Of a DNA stretch of 64,000 bases, positions 37,001 to 51,130 are shown piece after piece. Source of the stretch: Hypanus sabinus (Eukaryota); NCBI RefSeq assembly GCF_030144855.1, contig NC_082709.1:80538001-80602000 (forward strand). The letters are read 5' to 3'. The notes beneath the pieces are model-generated. The model worked only from the letters and a program-made list of their open reading frames with translations. It was not told where the DNA came from and ran no database searches. Positions within the stretch are counted from its first letter, which is position 1. Every line of letters starts with the position of its first letter. The position numbers and the translations under genes were made by a program.

Positions 37001-38574
37001 GCGTGGCCATATGGTGCACTCTCCCTGCCTTTTGTAGAACATCAGAGACACTTCCACTGACCCTGGCAACCAAGTATGCCGGAGGCATGCGTTGCTGCAG
37101 CTCCTGACTGACTGTATTGTGTGGTTCGAGTTGTCAGTGGTTTTACATCAGGGATTGCGCACTCATTGCACTAGCCACACCAAAATCATTGACTGCACAG
37201 GCAGAAAAGTGACAGCCTGCTACGAGGTGAGCGGCAGTCCAGGAGCGTAGTGCAGGAATCCCCTTTGCCCATCCTGCCTAGCACGTTCAGTACTCTTCGG
37301 GGGTAGCTTCCCAAGAGACAGTAGCAAGAGCTGAATTTTCAGTAATGTAACTGACTCTGCTACATGGAAAACAGAGGAGGAGAGTCTGGGCAAGAGAATG
37401 GGGATGGGTGACTTTGTACTGTGGGAGGAAACTGGAGCACCCAGAGGATTCCCACATGGTCATGGGCAGAACGGAAAAGTGATGGGTGACTACTAGGTGA
37501 GGAGTAGGTGCAGTCAAGTGAAAACGGGAAGACAGGAAGTTAGATCAGACGATTGCCTGGCAAAGGGTATGGAATATATGATTTTAGATATTTGGAGTTT
37601 TGGAACTGGTTTTGGAGAAGATGGAACCTGCGCAGGAAAAACAGGGTGCCCTGAACCAGAATGGGACCAACATCCTTACAGGAAGCTTTGCTCATGCTGC
37701 TAAGGAGGTTTAAGCTAATTTGCCAGGGGATTAAGGTGCAAAATTAGGTGTACGGTTGGTGGTGGGAGGTGGAGGGGTGTGCATGGTAGTACATCAGTGA
37801 GTTAAGGACAACTGAGTCTGTCCAGCAGGCAAAGCAGACATGGGCATGTAAAGGTGGGAATGAGATCTGGAATGCTACATTTGAAGGCAAGAAGCACGAG
37901 CAGTATGGAGAATGAGTGAAACTTGGATAAACGTATCTTGGTGAGCAAACTTTGCAACGTGCATTGTGATCTGCTCTTTGAATGTTCTTCCTTCCTAGAA
38001 GGAAATGCTCATCTTTGTAGTTCCAAAATGCTTAGAGTGAGTTTGGCCATTTAGCTGCAATGGACAAGAGCCAGTTCTGTGTTACACCAGGTATTGAAAG
38101 CTAGTAAATTAACATAACAAATTATTCTTAATTGCACAATACCTCGTGACCATGTGTACTTTTATTTGAAGCTAATTTCATGGGCCTTTAATACATCACT
38201 ACAACAGCTGTTGCTTAGCTGACCTAACTGACACATGATTCCCATATGGGGAATGAGTACAGTGTACTCTTCTCCAGGTTCACATTCAACAGCTACACTT
38301 ATAATAGGTAGCATAAATTAAATATTGTTCTGCATTGGTAGCTCTGTTTCCTCTAAGCCTTGTAAGGCTATTACCAGAATGGTCAACTGGTGTGCTTCCA
38401 TCTTCTTCCAAGTTACATGAGTAAGGGATTTATCATTGCATATTATTAAGAAACAATATAATTGAAGATAATAATGTGGGTGAACTGAAATACTAAAATA
38501 TGTATTGAAATAGGATATTATTTACAAAATCCATCACTGAACTACAAATTCAGGTCTGATGCCGATGAAGTCAG

Positions 38575-38835
38575 GCACCACGGTCAGGCACCACGGTAGT
38601 GCAGCAGCTCGCACGATGCTGACACAGCTCAGGGTGTTTCAGAGTTCAGAATTCAAACCTGGCACCATCCTGTAAGGAGCCTGTATGGATTTTCCAGTAT
38701 CCTCCCACAGTCCAAAGGCATACTGGATAGGTTACTTGGTCATTGTAAATTGTCACTTGATTAAGTTAAGCTGGGGCAGCACTGTTCAAAGGGCCAGAAG
38801 GACCAACTCCATGCTTCATCAATAAGTAAATAAAG
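38575..38835 (+). mobile_element. tRNA-derived V-SINE-like element
   Basis: A/B-box-like head and central TCCTCCCACAGTCCAAAG domain; related copies at ~15850-16000(-), 36020-36150(+), 40480-40610(-), 62680-62880(+). Confidence 0.6.
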
Positions 38836-39068
38836 ATCAATAAAATCTTAGGTCTGCTGCACCGTTGACACTGATATGATAACTACATACCTCTATGCTA
38901 TACAAAAATGAACTAACTTTTTCAAGTTTGGGCTGACATGTAATGACCACCCTAAATTATAAGAAATCAGCACTGGTATTCACAATGATGGATTCAGGCC
39001 ATCCTTACTCCTGAAAAATGGCCTAAAATGATAAAGTGAGCAGAATTACAACATTTCATCAATCTACC

Positions 39069-39831
39069 TGTCACAAGGGGACATGGAGACTGGACCCAAA
39101 TGCAGGACACAGGCACTGAAGTACTAGGGGCAGGACAGGAACCACTAAAGGATAGAACAAGATGGAGAGACCATGGCATACAAAGATGATCCTGGGGTTC
39201 AGAGAGTTCATGGCAAAGGCAGGACCCTGGCTAGGCTAAAGGATGGGTCTATGGGACAAGGAATGCTGGGAGGATAGCCCCCTGGGCAGGTCGCATAGCT
39301 CCTGGGCAGGGCCACCACCCAGGCAGGCACACAGGGTCCTGGGCAAGACACAGAGCACCTGGGCAGGTTGCAGGGCACAACCCATTGGAAGAGAGGGGTA
39401 GGAAAGAGTCAGAGTCCCCCACCAGGCAACAACAGTCCAGCCTGCTTACCCAACAGAGGCAAGGGATCAGAAGGGAGCTCAGTCCAGGCTGACTACAATA
39501 ACAGACTTACAGAACTAGATAATTAATGGTGGGTACACCAAACCAGGGTCAAAACAGACTAGCCAGGCAAACATCACAAACAAAGCAAAGCAGACCAGAC
39601 TAAACAGCAGGTGCAAGACATACAAAAGAACATACCAACCCCCAACTAGACTCAGTCCCAGTGCCCCTATATATACACCTGCCAGCCGATAGGTCTCAGG
39701 TGCACCTCCTTAAGCCAAGATGATCCTGTTTGGGCTTAATGGTGAAAGGAGGGACAGCTACAAGACCCAGAGTCCAGAGTCCGCGGACCAGATCAAGACC
39801 CGGAAAGAGGGCTCCGGACTGGACCATAACA
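39069..39831. mobile_element. Solo LTR-like element
   Basis: TG...CA termini, near-perfect 5-bp TSD CTACC/CTATC, internal CCTGGGCAGG repeats; ends homologous in opposite orientation to 48711-49710. Confidence 0.7.
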
Positions 39832-40699
39832 CTATCAGATGAGTTTGTCAGGCTTGACTATTGGACAAAACATTCAAATGAGGTTATCACGGCCTAATAC
39901 TTTTCCTGCAAAATATCAAAGCAATTTCTCTAATTTTTATTTTCTCTGAGTTTGTTTCTCTTTCACTACAGTGATTAGGCAAGTCACTGATCTCTGCATT
40001 GATCATTCCCAGGTGTCTGCAGGTTTCACAGTTGCTTTCAGTCTGAATATCACTTTCAACTTAATTCCACTGAATGTGGGGAGTGGGACTTTTCACTGCA
40101 GCCTCTGTGTAGGTAAGGAAGGTATCTTAAACCGCCAACGCAATCAGATGTGGGAATGCTATTGAAATTTAGGTTTTCCCTCTCAACTTTCCCAAGTATA
40201 GCAAGAAATTTTTAATATCTGGTTGTGGGAAATGTAAAATGTTACAATGGTGTGGGAGGGTATGAGATCATCAGAATTCTAGATTAATGCCCTCCGATGG
40301 CCTACGCCTCCATGCAGAACTCTCTAAATCTATACAATCCCAATTTCTGGAAAGATGGGCTACTGTGGAATTGTAGAATCTTGCAGCAGAAAAACAGGTC
40401 CTTCAGCTCATCATCCATCCTGACACCCGTTTACATCCAATCCAGAAATAATCCTGTTTTATTCTTCTTACATTGTCATCAACTAGGGGCAATTTATAGT
40501 GGCCAATGGTGCAACTTTGGGATGTGGTAGGAAAGCAGAGCATCCAGAGAAAACCCATGCAGTCACGGGGAGAATATCCGATTTCCACACAGACAGCACT
40601 CAACATCAGGGTTACCAGCTAAACCAGTGTTTATCCTTCATTGCTGCCGGCTGTTAAGGGAAAACATGCTACTTTCCAAAACTATAGCATTTCATAAGT

Positions 40700-42060
40700 A
40701 GATTAGTTTATTATGGTCAATATACAATTGTACAGTGCATGCAATCCATTCAGATCATTTCATTGCGTCAGTGCATTGAGGTAGTATAAAAGAGAAAAAA
40801 ATAACAGAGTTTAGAACAAATTATTACAGTTAAAGAGAAAATGAAGTGCAGGCAGACGATAAAGTGCAAGGCCACAACAGTTAGATTGTGAGGTCAAGAG
40901 TCTATTCTATCATACTAGGGAACTGCTTAACAGTCTTGTAACCGTGGGATAGAAGCTGTCCTTGAGCCTGATGGTGACTGATGTCAGGCTTTCGTATCTT
41001 CTGCCTGATGCAAGGGGAGGGATGTCTTTGATTATGCCAGCTGCTTTTCCAAGACAGCAAGAATTGTAGATAGAGTTCATGGAGGGATACTGGTTTCCGC
41101 AATATGCTGAGCTGTTGTCAGGGCAGGTGGTGACATTCACTTCTTCTTCTGTTCCAGATGTGAATTAAGCTCATTGCGAAGCAATGTACTGCCGTCAGTG
41201 GTGCTGTCTGACCTGTTTTGCAGCCTGTTGTCGCGTGTAAGCCCTGCCACAACCGACAGCTGGGCTGCATCCATGATAGCTTTACAAAGGTCATACCCGG
41301 ATCTCTTGCATTCCGGCCATAGTCCTGGACTTCCACAGTTCATTCACAGCTTCAGGTTTGGAAACACCTGGATTGACTCCTTTGTACACAGTACTTTATA
41401 CACTTGCTGATAAGGCCCATGACAGTGGTGAAATACTCATTTAGGTTGGCTACTGAGTCCTTGAATATGGACCATTCTACTAACTCAAAACAGTCATGAG
41501 AAGCTCCTCTATTTCCTCAGACAAGCACCGTATGACTGGATACGAGATGGCTTTGAATGCAGGGAGAAGGAACTCAGTCTGCTGGTCTGGTTTACCCAAG
41601 TGTGGGTGGGGATAGGAATCTTTAATGGCTGTATGGCAATAGTCAGGTTCCTAGGCAGAACAGGAGAAGTGCTGGTTGCGTTTTGCTAGCACATGCCTGA
41701 GGTTGGCCTGGATGAAGTCACTAGATAAGATGACGAGGGCCACAATGTCGTTGATTGCAGAGTATCGTTAATTGATTGCACGCTTCATATCCACTTGGAG
41801 TGGGATGTAGACTACCGTTAGGATAGCTGAAGTGAACTCCCATTGCACGTCACATTAGGGTCAGTTGAGCAGAAACTTACCAGGACCAACATGCCCATAC
41901 ACCATGAGGAGTTGACTAGCACGTAAGCCCCTCTGCCAGACAACAGAGTACAATCCATCCAGTGAACTGAGAAGCCCTCAGGTTGAATAATGCAGTCAGG
42001 AGAAGAAGGTGTAAGCCGCGTTTCAGCAGACAAAACACACAGCAGTTTTTTAGCTCCATT
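40700..42060 (-). mobile_element. Degenerate Rex1/L2-group LINE fragments
   Basis: LASGRRYESL....RLKDSFYP C-terminus and endonuclease remnants. Confidence 0.6.
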
Positions 42061-42109
42061 TGATCAGTCAGACTTGTTTTTATTTCATCAACTTTGTTAA
42101 TAAGATGTT

Positions 42110-43320
42110 AAGAGTAGCAACAAGAGCAAGCCATTCAGCCCCATAAACCTACTCTGGCATTTAACAGGATCATGGCTGATTAGACATTCATCAAATCCAC
42201 TCTCCTGCCCTTTGCCCATAACCTTTGATTCCCTGAACAATTTGGAATCTATTTACCTCAACCTTGAACATACATGATAAATCTCCCTATACAGCTCTCT
42301 CTGGCAAAGAGTTCCACGGGCTAACAACCCTCTGAGAGAAGAAATTCTTCCTCATCTCAGTCTTAAGTGGGCACCCCTCATTCAGAGACCTTCCTTCTGG
42401 TTCTGGATCTCCCATAAGTGTTCTCTTGGGATTTATTCTGTCTAGATCCTAAAGCATATGTTACAATAAGATCACTGTTTGTTCGTCTAAACTCCAGGGG
42501 GGATAGTGGAATGTTGTCTCTTATTTTGAGGAAATTGGAGGAAAATCCCAGCCAGTTATACTCTCCTTACAGTCAATTTCCTCTATATGTTGGATCATCC
42601 TCGTGAACCGTCTCAAATGGAATAATATTTTCCTTAAGTAGGATGGAAAACCTGTACACAGTATGTTCACAGGACACTATTCTCCAGATGTAGTCTCACT
42701 AGGTCTTTGTACAGCTACGGTAAGCCTTCTCTACTTTATACTCCAATCTCCTTGAAATAAGAGACAACATTCTATTGTCCTTCCCTGATACCTGGTGCAC
42801 TTATGTGCTACCTTTCTGTTTTCATGAACAAGAACTCCTAAATCCTTTGGCACTGCTGCTTTCTTCACTGTTTCTCCAATTATTTAATGCTCTATTCTTT
42901 TATACCTCAAAGTAAAATGAACAAATCAACATTTTCTAAGTTTACATTCCATTAGCCAATCTTTTCACCATTCAGTTAATAGTTCAATATCCCTCGAAAT
43001 AAAATTATTTATATCCTCTATGTGACTGGCGCTTCCAGCTATTTTATGCCGTCTCCAAATCTGGTTACTGTAGATTTGCTTACCCCCTGTAAATCACTAA
43101 CATATTGTAGATCGTATGGTCCTGGTAGAGATCCATGTGAGACCCCTCTGGTCACACGTTGCCAACCTGAGAATGTCCATTTATCTCTAACTAATCATCT
43201 ATCAACATCAATATTTCTTCTTCAGCATCATTGGCTCCTATTTGTGATTTAACTCTTCAAAAGAAACCTCATAGAATGCATTCTAGAAATCCAAATGCAG
43301 CATTTCCAATTGTTTTCACT
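42110..43320 (-). mobile_element. Old CR1-type LINE fragment
   Basis: Similarity to other CR1 3' ends in the window (ctctgagagaagaaattcttcctcatctc). Confidence 0.6.
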
Positions 43321-44149
43321 TGATTTCTCTTTTACCTAGTGTAGGGCAGTCCAAAACTATGGGTATAGATTTAGAGCGACAGGGAAAAGATTAAGAAGGG
43401 ACGTAAGGGGCAACTTTTTTATGCAAAGGGAGGCGCGTGTATGGAATAAGCTGTCCAAGGAAGTGGTAGAGGCAGGTACAATAGTATCATTTAAGATGCA
43501 CTCAGACAGATAATCGTCAGGGAGGGCAGCTGACAGAGATATTGGTCAAATGCAGGAATTGGGACTAACAGCATGAGCATCATGGTCAGAATGGACTTGG
43601 AGCCTGTATCTGTGATTCTATTCACTCCAGCTAAGAATCCCTCAATGAACCACTAATAAATTTGTTTTACATAATTTTTCCTCCATTATGACATGTAGTT
43701 TTGCAGGATAAGATTACAATTTTCCAAAAACGCTGGGTAACAATTAGGTCACTTGTATCAGAGACATATTCTCACAATACTTATGTGTATTTAGATACTT
43801 AATTGGAAGGATGAGTTACAACATTCACAGCTTGCACAGTCTATCCATCAAGACACAAGGTGGTCATGCTCAGATTTGTGCCTGCCCTTCGTTCTCAGTT
43901 TCCTGGGCTCAGGTTTCCTCCTTCTGAGTTTTGGCCTTTGGCCTTTGTGTGAACCCAAGTTCCCATGCTGTTCTATGTTTTGGTCAGTAGCCAAACCCTA
44001 TTTCTAGCAGCTTTAGCATTTCTGTTCCTTCTATTCTCTTCCAATGAGACCCATATTGGCTAGCTTCATCCCATTGCTTTATATCCCTTACATATCTGGT
44101 CAAGTTCCAATGACAGAGCATAAACTAGTGCCATTTAGGAGTAGATAGA

Positions 44150-45150
44150 CAAATACTTTATTGATCCTAAAGGAAATTACAGTCTCACAGTAGCATTACA
44201 AGTGCACAGATATAGAATTATTAGAAGAGAAGTAAGAAAGAATAAAAAAAATAAGTGTAACAGGAGGGGTTCATCAGTTCCCGTCTAAAGGTTGACTCAT
44301 TATAGAGCCTAATGGCTGAGGGTAAGAATGGCCTCATATAGTGCTCTTCGGGGCAGAACAGTTGTCTTAGTCTATTACTAAAAGTACTCCTCTGTTCAGC
44401 CAAGGTGGCACACAGAGGGTGGGAAACATTGTCCAGAATTGCCAGGATTTTCCATAGCGTCCTTTGTTCTACCGGAGCCTCCAGCGTGTCCAGTTTGACT
44501 CCTATAACAGAGCCAGCCTTTCTAATCAGTTTATTGAATCTGTTGGTATCACCTGTATTGATGTCATTGCCCCAGCACACCACTGCAAAGAAGATTGTAC
44601 TGGCGACAGCAGACTGGAAGAACACGTGAAGGAGAGGCCTGTATATTCAAAAGAACCAAAGTTTCCACAGGAAGTAGAGGCCTTTGTGCCAGTGCTCCAC
44701 TCAAGTCTGTCATCCAGGTGCACCTCCAGGTACTTGTTGGTCCTCACCGTATCCATGTCCTCACCATCAATAGCAACAGAGAGCATTGCAAATTGTCTTC
44801 CTAAAGTCCATCACCATCTCTTCTAACTTACTGGTGTTGAGCTGCAGATAATTCAGCTTGCACCATTTGACAAAGTTCTGCACCAGGGTCCTATATTCAT
44901 CCTCCCGTCCACCCTTTATACACCAAACTGTTGCTGAGGCATCAGAGAATTTCTGCAGATGACATGACTCAGTGTTGTATCTGAAGTCCGAGGTACACAG
45001 GGTAAACAGGAAGGGAGACAATACAGACCCCTGTGGGGCCCCAGTGCTGCTTATAGCCGTGTCTGACACACAGCTCTGAAGCTGTACAAACTGTGGTCCG
45101 CCTGTCGGGTTGTCCATTATCCAGGATACAATGGAAGTGCCAATCTACAC
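44150..45150 (-). mobile_element. Rex1/L2-group LINE RT fragment
   Basis: TGAPQGSVLSPFLFTL.TSDF...LQKFSD; KYLEVHLDDRLEW; FFQSAVASTIFFAVVCWG; FLPSAIRLYN. Confidence 0.85.
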
Positions 45151-47804
45151 TGAACAGAGCTTACGATCAAGAAGCAAAGAAATCCAGGTATAGACACAGC
45201 TGTTGAAGGATGCGGAAGATTAACGTAAAAAATAACTCTGAAATTAAAAGAGAAACTGCTGGAAATGTTCAGCACATCAGTCACCATCATCAAGAGAAAT
45301 GTGGTTTATGGTTTCAGGAATAGTTTTCAAAACCATTGTTCTTTAACTTCCTGCTCATTTCAAAATACCAGCGCTTAACTAATTTTCATTTTTATTTCAG
45401 TGAAACAATACATAGATATTATATATAATGGATTTTTATCACATAGAGAAATAAAACATGAAATCAAGCAAACATTACAGCAGGTCATTGATTTTGACTT
45501 GTCTTTTAAAGTCCCCATGAACTGGATCAGTTCCCTTCAAATGCATGTTTGTCTGCAGGTTCCCATGATTCTTAAAATCATAGCATCATAGAAAAACATT
45601 CCACTCATCACATTCACAATGGATGATTCTTTTTTCCCAGATCTCATAACCATAAGAAACATGGGATGAGGAGAGAGGGCCATTTGTCCCATCAAGTCTG
45701 TCCCACCATTCTGGACCTACCCAAGTCTTATCACTTTCCCTGTTCCAGTTATACAAGGTTCTTAATTCCCTGATCATTCAAAAAACACATCTTTTAAAAG
45801 TTCATCGATGATATAACTCCCACAGCACTCCACAAAAAGAATATTCTACACATACAGTATGAATGCCCACTTAGGGTCATAGAACTCAACAGCACAGAAA
45901 CAGGCCATTTGGTCCATCTAGTCCATACTGAACCATTTAAACTGCTTACTCCCATTGACCTGAACCAAGATCATAACTTCCATACTCCTCTCACCCATGT
46001 ACTAATCCAAACTTTTCTTAATCGTTGAAATTGAACCCACATGCACCACTTATGACACCACCCTCTGAGTGAGGAAGTTTCCTCTCCTGTTCACCTTAAA
46101 CTTTTCACTAAGGCAAGTGTTATATAAAAGCAAGGATACAATGTTGAGGCTTTATAAAGCATTGTGAGGCCTCACTTGGAGAATGGTGAGCAGGTTTAGG
46201 CACCCTGTGTTAGAAAGGATGTGCTGAAACTAATGAGTGTTCAAAGGAGGTTCATGAAACTAACTCAAGGATTGAATGATTTGTTATATGAAGACCGTTT
46301 GATGGCTCTGGGCCTGTATTCACGAAAATTCAGAAGAATGAGGGGGACCTCATTGAAACCTATCAAATGTTGAAGGGCCTTGATGGCGTTGATGTGGAGA
46401 GGATGTTTTCTATGGTGAGAGAGTCTAAGACCAGAGGACACAGCCACAGAATAGAGGGAGATCCTTTTTGAATGAAGATGGAAAGGAAATTCTTTCACCA
46501 GAGAGTGGTGAATCTGTGGAATTCTTTGCAACAGGCTGCTGTGAAGGCCAAGTCTACTGTATATTTAAAGCAGAGGTTGATAGACTCTTGATTGGTCAGG
46601 GCGTGGAGGGAGAAGGCAGGAGATTGGGGCCAAGAAGGAAAATGGATCAGCCATGATGAAATGCCAGAACAGACTCGATGGGCCAAATAGCCAAATTCTT
46701 CTATATCTTATGGTCTTATTTCAACCTTGATCCATGATCTCTAGTGCCAGTCTCACCCAAATTCAGTGGAAAAAAGCCTACTTGCATTTACACTATCTAT
46801 ACCCCTCATAATTTTGTATAACTCTATCAAATATCCCTTCAATCTTCTACATTCTAGGGAATAAAGTCTTAACTTATTCAACCTTTCCCTCTAGCTCAAG
46901 TCCTAGAGTCCCGGCAACATCTTTGTAAGTTTTCTCTGTACTCTTTCAACATTATTTACATCTTTCCTGTAGGTAGGTGACCAAAACTGGACACAGTACT
47001 CCAAATCTGGCCTCACCAACATCTTATACAACTGCAACATAATATCCAAACTCCAGTACTCAGTACGTTGACTTATGAAGGCCAATAAGCCAAACGCTTT
47101 CTTTCTGACTCTATCTACCTGTGATGCCACATTCAAAGAATTATGGGTCTGTATTCCCAGATTCCTTTGTCCTACCAGACTCCAGAGGGCCCTTTCGTTC
47201 ACTGGGTAAGATCTATCCTGGTTGGTCCTCCCAAAGTACAACACTCGCACTAGTCTGCATTAAACTCTATCCACACATACAAAATGCTGGTGGAACACAG
47301 CAGACCAGGCAGCATCTATTAGGAGAAGCACTGTCGACGTTTCAGGCCAAGACCCTTCATCAGGACTAGAATTCTACTTAAATTCTACCTGCCATTTTCA
47401 GACCATTTTTGCAGCTGGTCAAGATCCCACTGTAAGCTTTGATAGTCTTCCTTGTTGTCCAGGACACCCCCAATCTTGGTGTCATCTGAAAATGTGCTGA
47501 TCCAGTTAACTAAATTATCATCCAGATCACTGATATAGAAGATGAACAACAAAGGACCCAGTACCAATCCCTGCGGCACACCACGAGCCACAGGCCTCCA
47601 GTCAGAGAGACAACCCTCTACCAGCACTCTCGGGCTTCTCCCACAACACCAATGTCTAATCCAATTTACTACATCATCTTGAATGCCAAATGACTGAGCC
47701 TTCTTGATCAACCGCCCATGCTGGATCTTGTCCCTGAAGGCAACATCCACTGCCTTACCTTCACCAACTTTCCTTGTAACTTCCTTGAAAAACTCTATAA
47801 GATT

Positions 47805-48427
47805 TGTTATGAACTGTAACGTTTTAGAAACAAATCAGCAAGAGATTTCTCAGTGAGTCAGGTTTTAATGTTAAAACTATTATTTTTATTAGTATCTACT
47901 TGTAATATAGTAACTTGACCAAGATAAACAAAAGTTAACAGTGTTATGTGTATATATGTGTGTAAATATAGCTCCCCAAATTATCGAACTTGGGGGAACA
48001 AGGCTTAGAGTCTTGAGGTGGTAAAGTAAGAAAGTTCAGTCATCCACGTAATAAATGATGGGAGAGAGATATTTGTAATCCACATTGTAATGAAGAGAGA
48101 AGGTAAGAACAAAGTATTCCACAGGTTCCACACTGGTAAAATGAGATTACAGTCATCAAAGATCTTGTCCATCGGGTCATTCCAAATCCACATGTGAATT
48201 ATCACCAAAAACAACCTGTCACAGGAATATCATCTTCGGGTGATTACCACACAACATACCCAGGCAAAGGTTACACAAGTGATCCCACAGGGCATAGGAA
48301 AGTTCCAAGCCTCAGCTGTGACAAGCTGAAGCTACTGGCTGCCCCAGTCTCTCTCTCTCTCGTAGTCCCGCCACACTCAGGCGCTCTTAAAGAAACAGTC
48401 TCAGTAAACAACCGCAGATTTGTAACA
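47805..48427. mobile_element. Solo LTR-like insertion
   Basis: TGTTA...TAACA termini, 4-bp TSD GATT (47801-47804, 48428-48431), splits the CR1. Confidence 0.78.
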
Positions 48428-48710
48428 GATTGGCTAGACACAACCTACGATGCATAAAGCCATTTTGACTATCTTAATCAGCCCCTGCCTATCCAAATGC
48501 TTATATACCTGCTCCCTTAGAATACCTTCCAACAACTTTCCCACGACTGATGTCAAGCTCACCAGCCTATAATTTCTTGGTTTAGCCTTTTTTCAACAAG
48601 CGAACATTAGCTATCCTCCAATCTTAGCCATTATAAAGGACATTTTAGATATTTATGCTCAGGCCCCTGCAATTTCTACACAAGCCTCCCACAGGGGGTG
48701 AGGGAACACC

Positions 48711-49710
48711 TGTCGTGGTCCGGTCCGTGGATACCAGACTCCGGGTCTTCTGGCTGTCCATTGTCTCAGTTGGGCTTCATCACAAGCACCTGATTCTCAT
48801 ATTGAGGCTGGATAATAAGTGGCCCTGGGTTTGAGTGTGGTTGCTGGTTTGTCTTGTTGGTATCCTGTCCTTGTCTCTGTTAGGTAAGTCAGGCTGTCTG
48901 AGGTGTTACCCTGAGGCTGGACTGTTCCCTTCCTTCCCTCTGAAGCCTGGCCTGAAGCTTTGCCTACAACCTATGCCTGAAGCCCTGGCCCTATGTCTTG
49001 TCCCCAAGGAGGGGTCCTGGCTCTGTGATCTGTGTTCCTGTGCTCAAGTCCAAGGCTTTGGGGAGGTTGTGGCCCGCGACCAAGGCTCCGGGGAGGTTGT
49101 GGCCCGCGACCAAGGCTCTGGGGAGGTTCCGTCCCATAAGCAAGGCTCTGGGGAGGTTCCGTCCCATAAGCAAGGCTCCGGGGAGGTTCTGTCCTGTGAC
49201 CAAGGCTCCGGGGAAGTTCCAGCCCATTGTCCAAGTCCAAGTCGTAGCCTAGGCCCGGAGACCTGGTTTCATCCAGGGCTGGTGTCTGTGTCCAGTATGC
49301 CTCTCCCTGCTTCTGCTTTGCTCTCCCTCGACCTAGGCTCTGCGTTCCTGCTCTCCCTCAATCAAGACCAAGTCTGAGCTTCATGTCCTCATCCAGCCCT
49401 AGAGTCCCGCATCCTGCCCACACGTCCAGTCCTATTGCCTGGATCCGGAGTCCGAGCCCGAGTCAAGACCCAGGTTCCGGGTCCCTGTCCAGTCTCTGGC
49501 TCGGAGTCCTTGTCCAGGTTCCTAGTTCCTCATCCGGGTCCCACTTTCCTACTCTAGTCCTAGCCCATGCCCTGTCTCCTAGCCTGTGTCTTGACCAGCG
49601 TCATTTCTTCCCCACTTCCCTTGCTTTCTTGATATACCTCGTCCTCTCCCTAGTACTTCAGTGTCTGTGCCTTGCATTTGGGTCTGTTCCCCAACGCCCA
49701 CCCTATGACA
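48711..49710. mobile_element. Solo LTR-like insertion with an internal 30-bp minisatellite
   Basis: TGTC...GACA termini, 5-bp TSD ACACC; about six copies of CAAGGCTCYGGGGAGGTT... at 49051-49230. Confidence 0.78.
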
Positions 49711-50539
49711 ACACCATGTCTGGCCCTGAGGATTTATTCACCCTAATTTGCCTCAAGACAGCAAACACCACCCTGTCTGCAGTCTGTGTGGGGTCCGTGC
49801 CCTCGCTGCTGCTCTGCCTCACTTCTACAGGCTCCGTGTCTGTCTCCTGAGTAAATACAGATGCAAAGAATCCATTTCAGGTCTCGCCCATCTACTTCTG
49901 CTCCATGCACTGAATACTACTTTGATCTTCCAGAGGACCAATTTTGTGTCTTGTTATCCTCTTGCTCTTAATATATCTATAGAAGCCCTTAGGATTCTCC
50001 TTCACGTTGTCTGCTAGAGCAACCCCATGCCTTCTTTAAGCCTTCCTGATATCCTTCTTAAGTGTTCTCTTGCATTTTTATACTTCTGAAGTGCCTCATA
50101 TGTTCCTACCTGCCCATATCTGCTGTGGTTCCTTCAGGCTGTTATAACCATGGGTGGTAACCTATGCTATGCTTCCAATGGCGTGCATCTCAAATAGCCT
50201 TTGACAGCCGAGTCCCACTCCTGGCCTTCACATGGGGCTTGGCCACTAAGACTGGCAGAACTACTAAGAAAGGAGAAGGGTCACTGGTGCCATAAAACCA
50301 GCTGCTTCAGGCAGATGGGACTCATCAGCCGTGGTTGGCAGCTCCTCTAGGAGAAGGAAAACTCTGATCACAAACCTCCACCGCCTTTCAGCTACGCTTA
50401 GGGGAAAGGCTTTGGGAAGAGACCCCAGAAAAATCCGGAGCTGGAGTCCACTGGTGCCAAACTGTATCGGTCTCTGCAGTACATTTGGATTTGTAGGTGT
50501 TTACAAATAAAACAAAGTGAGGCATTTTAGAAAAGCCGT

Positions 50540-51130
50540 GGCAAGTCATTTATTAAACCCCAAAACCTGAACACATAGTGTGTGTGCTAAAGTATTCAGA
50601 CTTCACAGTTGCCAGCCCTTCTTGGTCCACCTAGACACACGGGCATTGACTGGCAGGCCAGTTGTGGAAATGTGCTGCAAGACCGCTTGTGACTGTAGTG
50701 GAGAATGTGGGCTTGGTGAGGTTTCGAAATCACCCAGCAGTTCAGTAAATTCACCTGCGCCTGACAGAGTCGTTGTGGAGAACTTACTGCGGGAGCAGGG
50801 TACCGACCTCAACTCCTTCACATCCACAAGCTGGCAGCTCTTCAGATCGGCTAACAGTCCTTGGGCACGCAAGAGATCTGCACTGAGCACTAACCACTTT
50901 AGCCAGGAGGAAGTCCCACGTGTAACATCACCCACCCTTTAGTCTGGATCTTGCTGTCGTTGGCAGCCTCCAGTGAGGTCTTATCGCTCTTTACCTTCTC
51001 ATCAATAGCTGATGCTGGCAACACACTCACTTGAGCACCCGTATCACACAGGAAGCATCAACCAAGGCAGCTGGAACCCACAGTGCTCACGGATCTCTGA
51101 TGTGCCAATGCGCTGGCACTATCGATGCTG
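50540..51130 (-). mobile_element. Gypsy-type pol remnant (protease to RT linker)
   Basis: Minus strand CDTGAQVSVLPAS (aspartic protease DTGA), ADLLRAQGLL.DLK, HISTTGLPVNAR. Confidence 0.7.

Larger units (their letters stand above)
45875..50120 (-). mobile_element. Long CR1-type LINE carrying nested insertions
   Basis: GVPQGLVLGPLLF..YISDLD...STFSDDTKIGG and LVRPDLEYCVQFWSP peptides; interrupted by a plus-strand CR1 (46110-46720), a Penelope terminus (47270-47368) and two LTRs. Confidence 0.8.

Noticed and set aside
48835-49377. Repetitive 180-aa ORF or CRISPR-like array
   Set aside because: A 30-bp minisatellite inside an LTR; no unique spacers, eukaryotic context.
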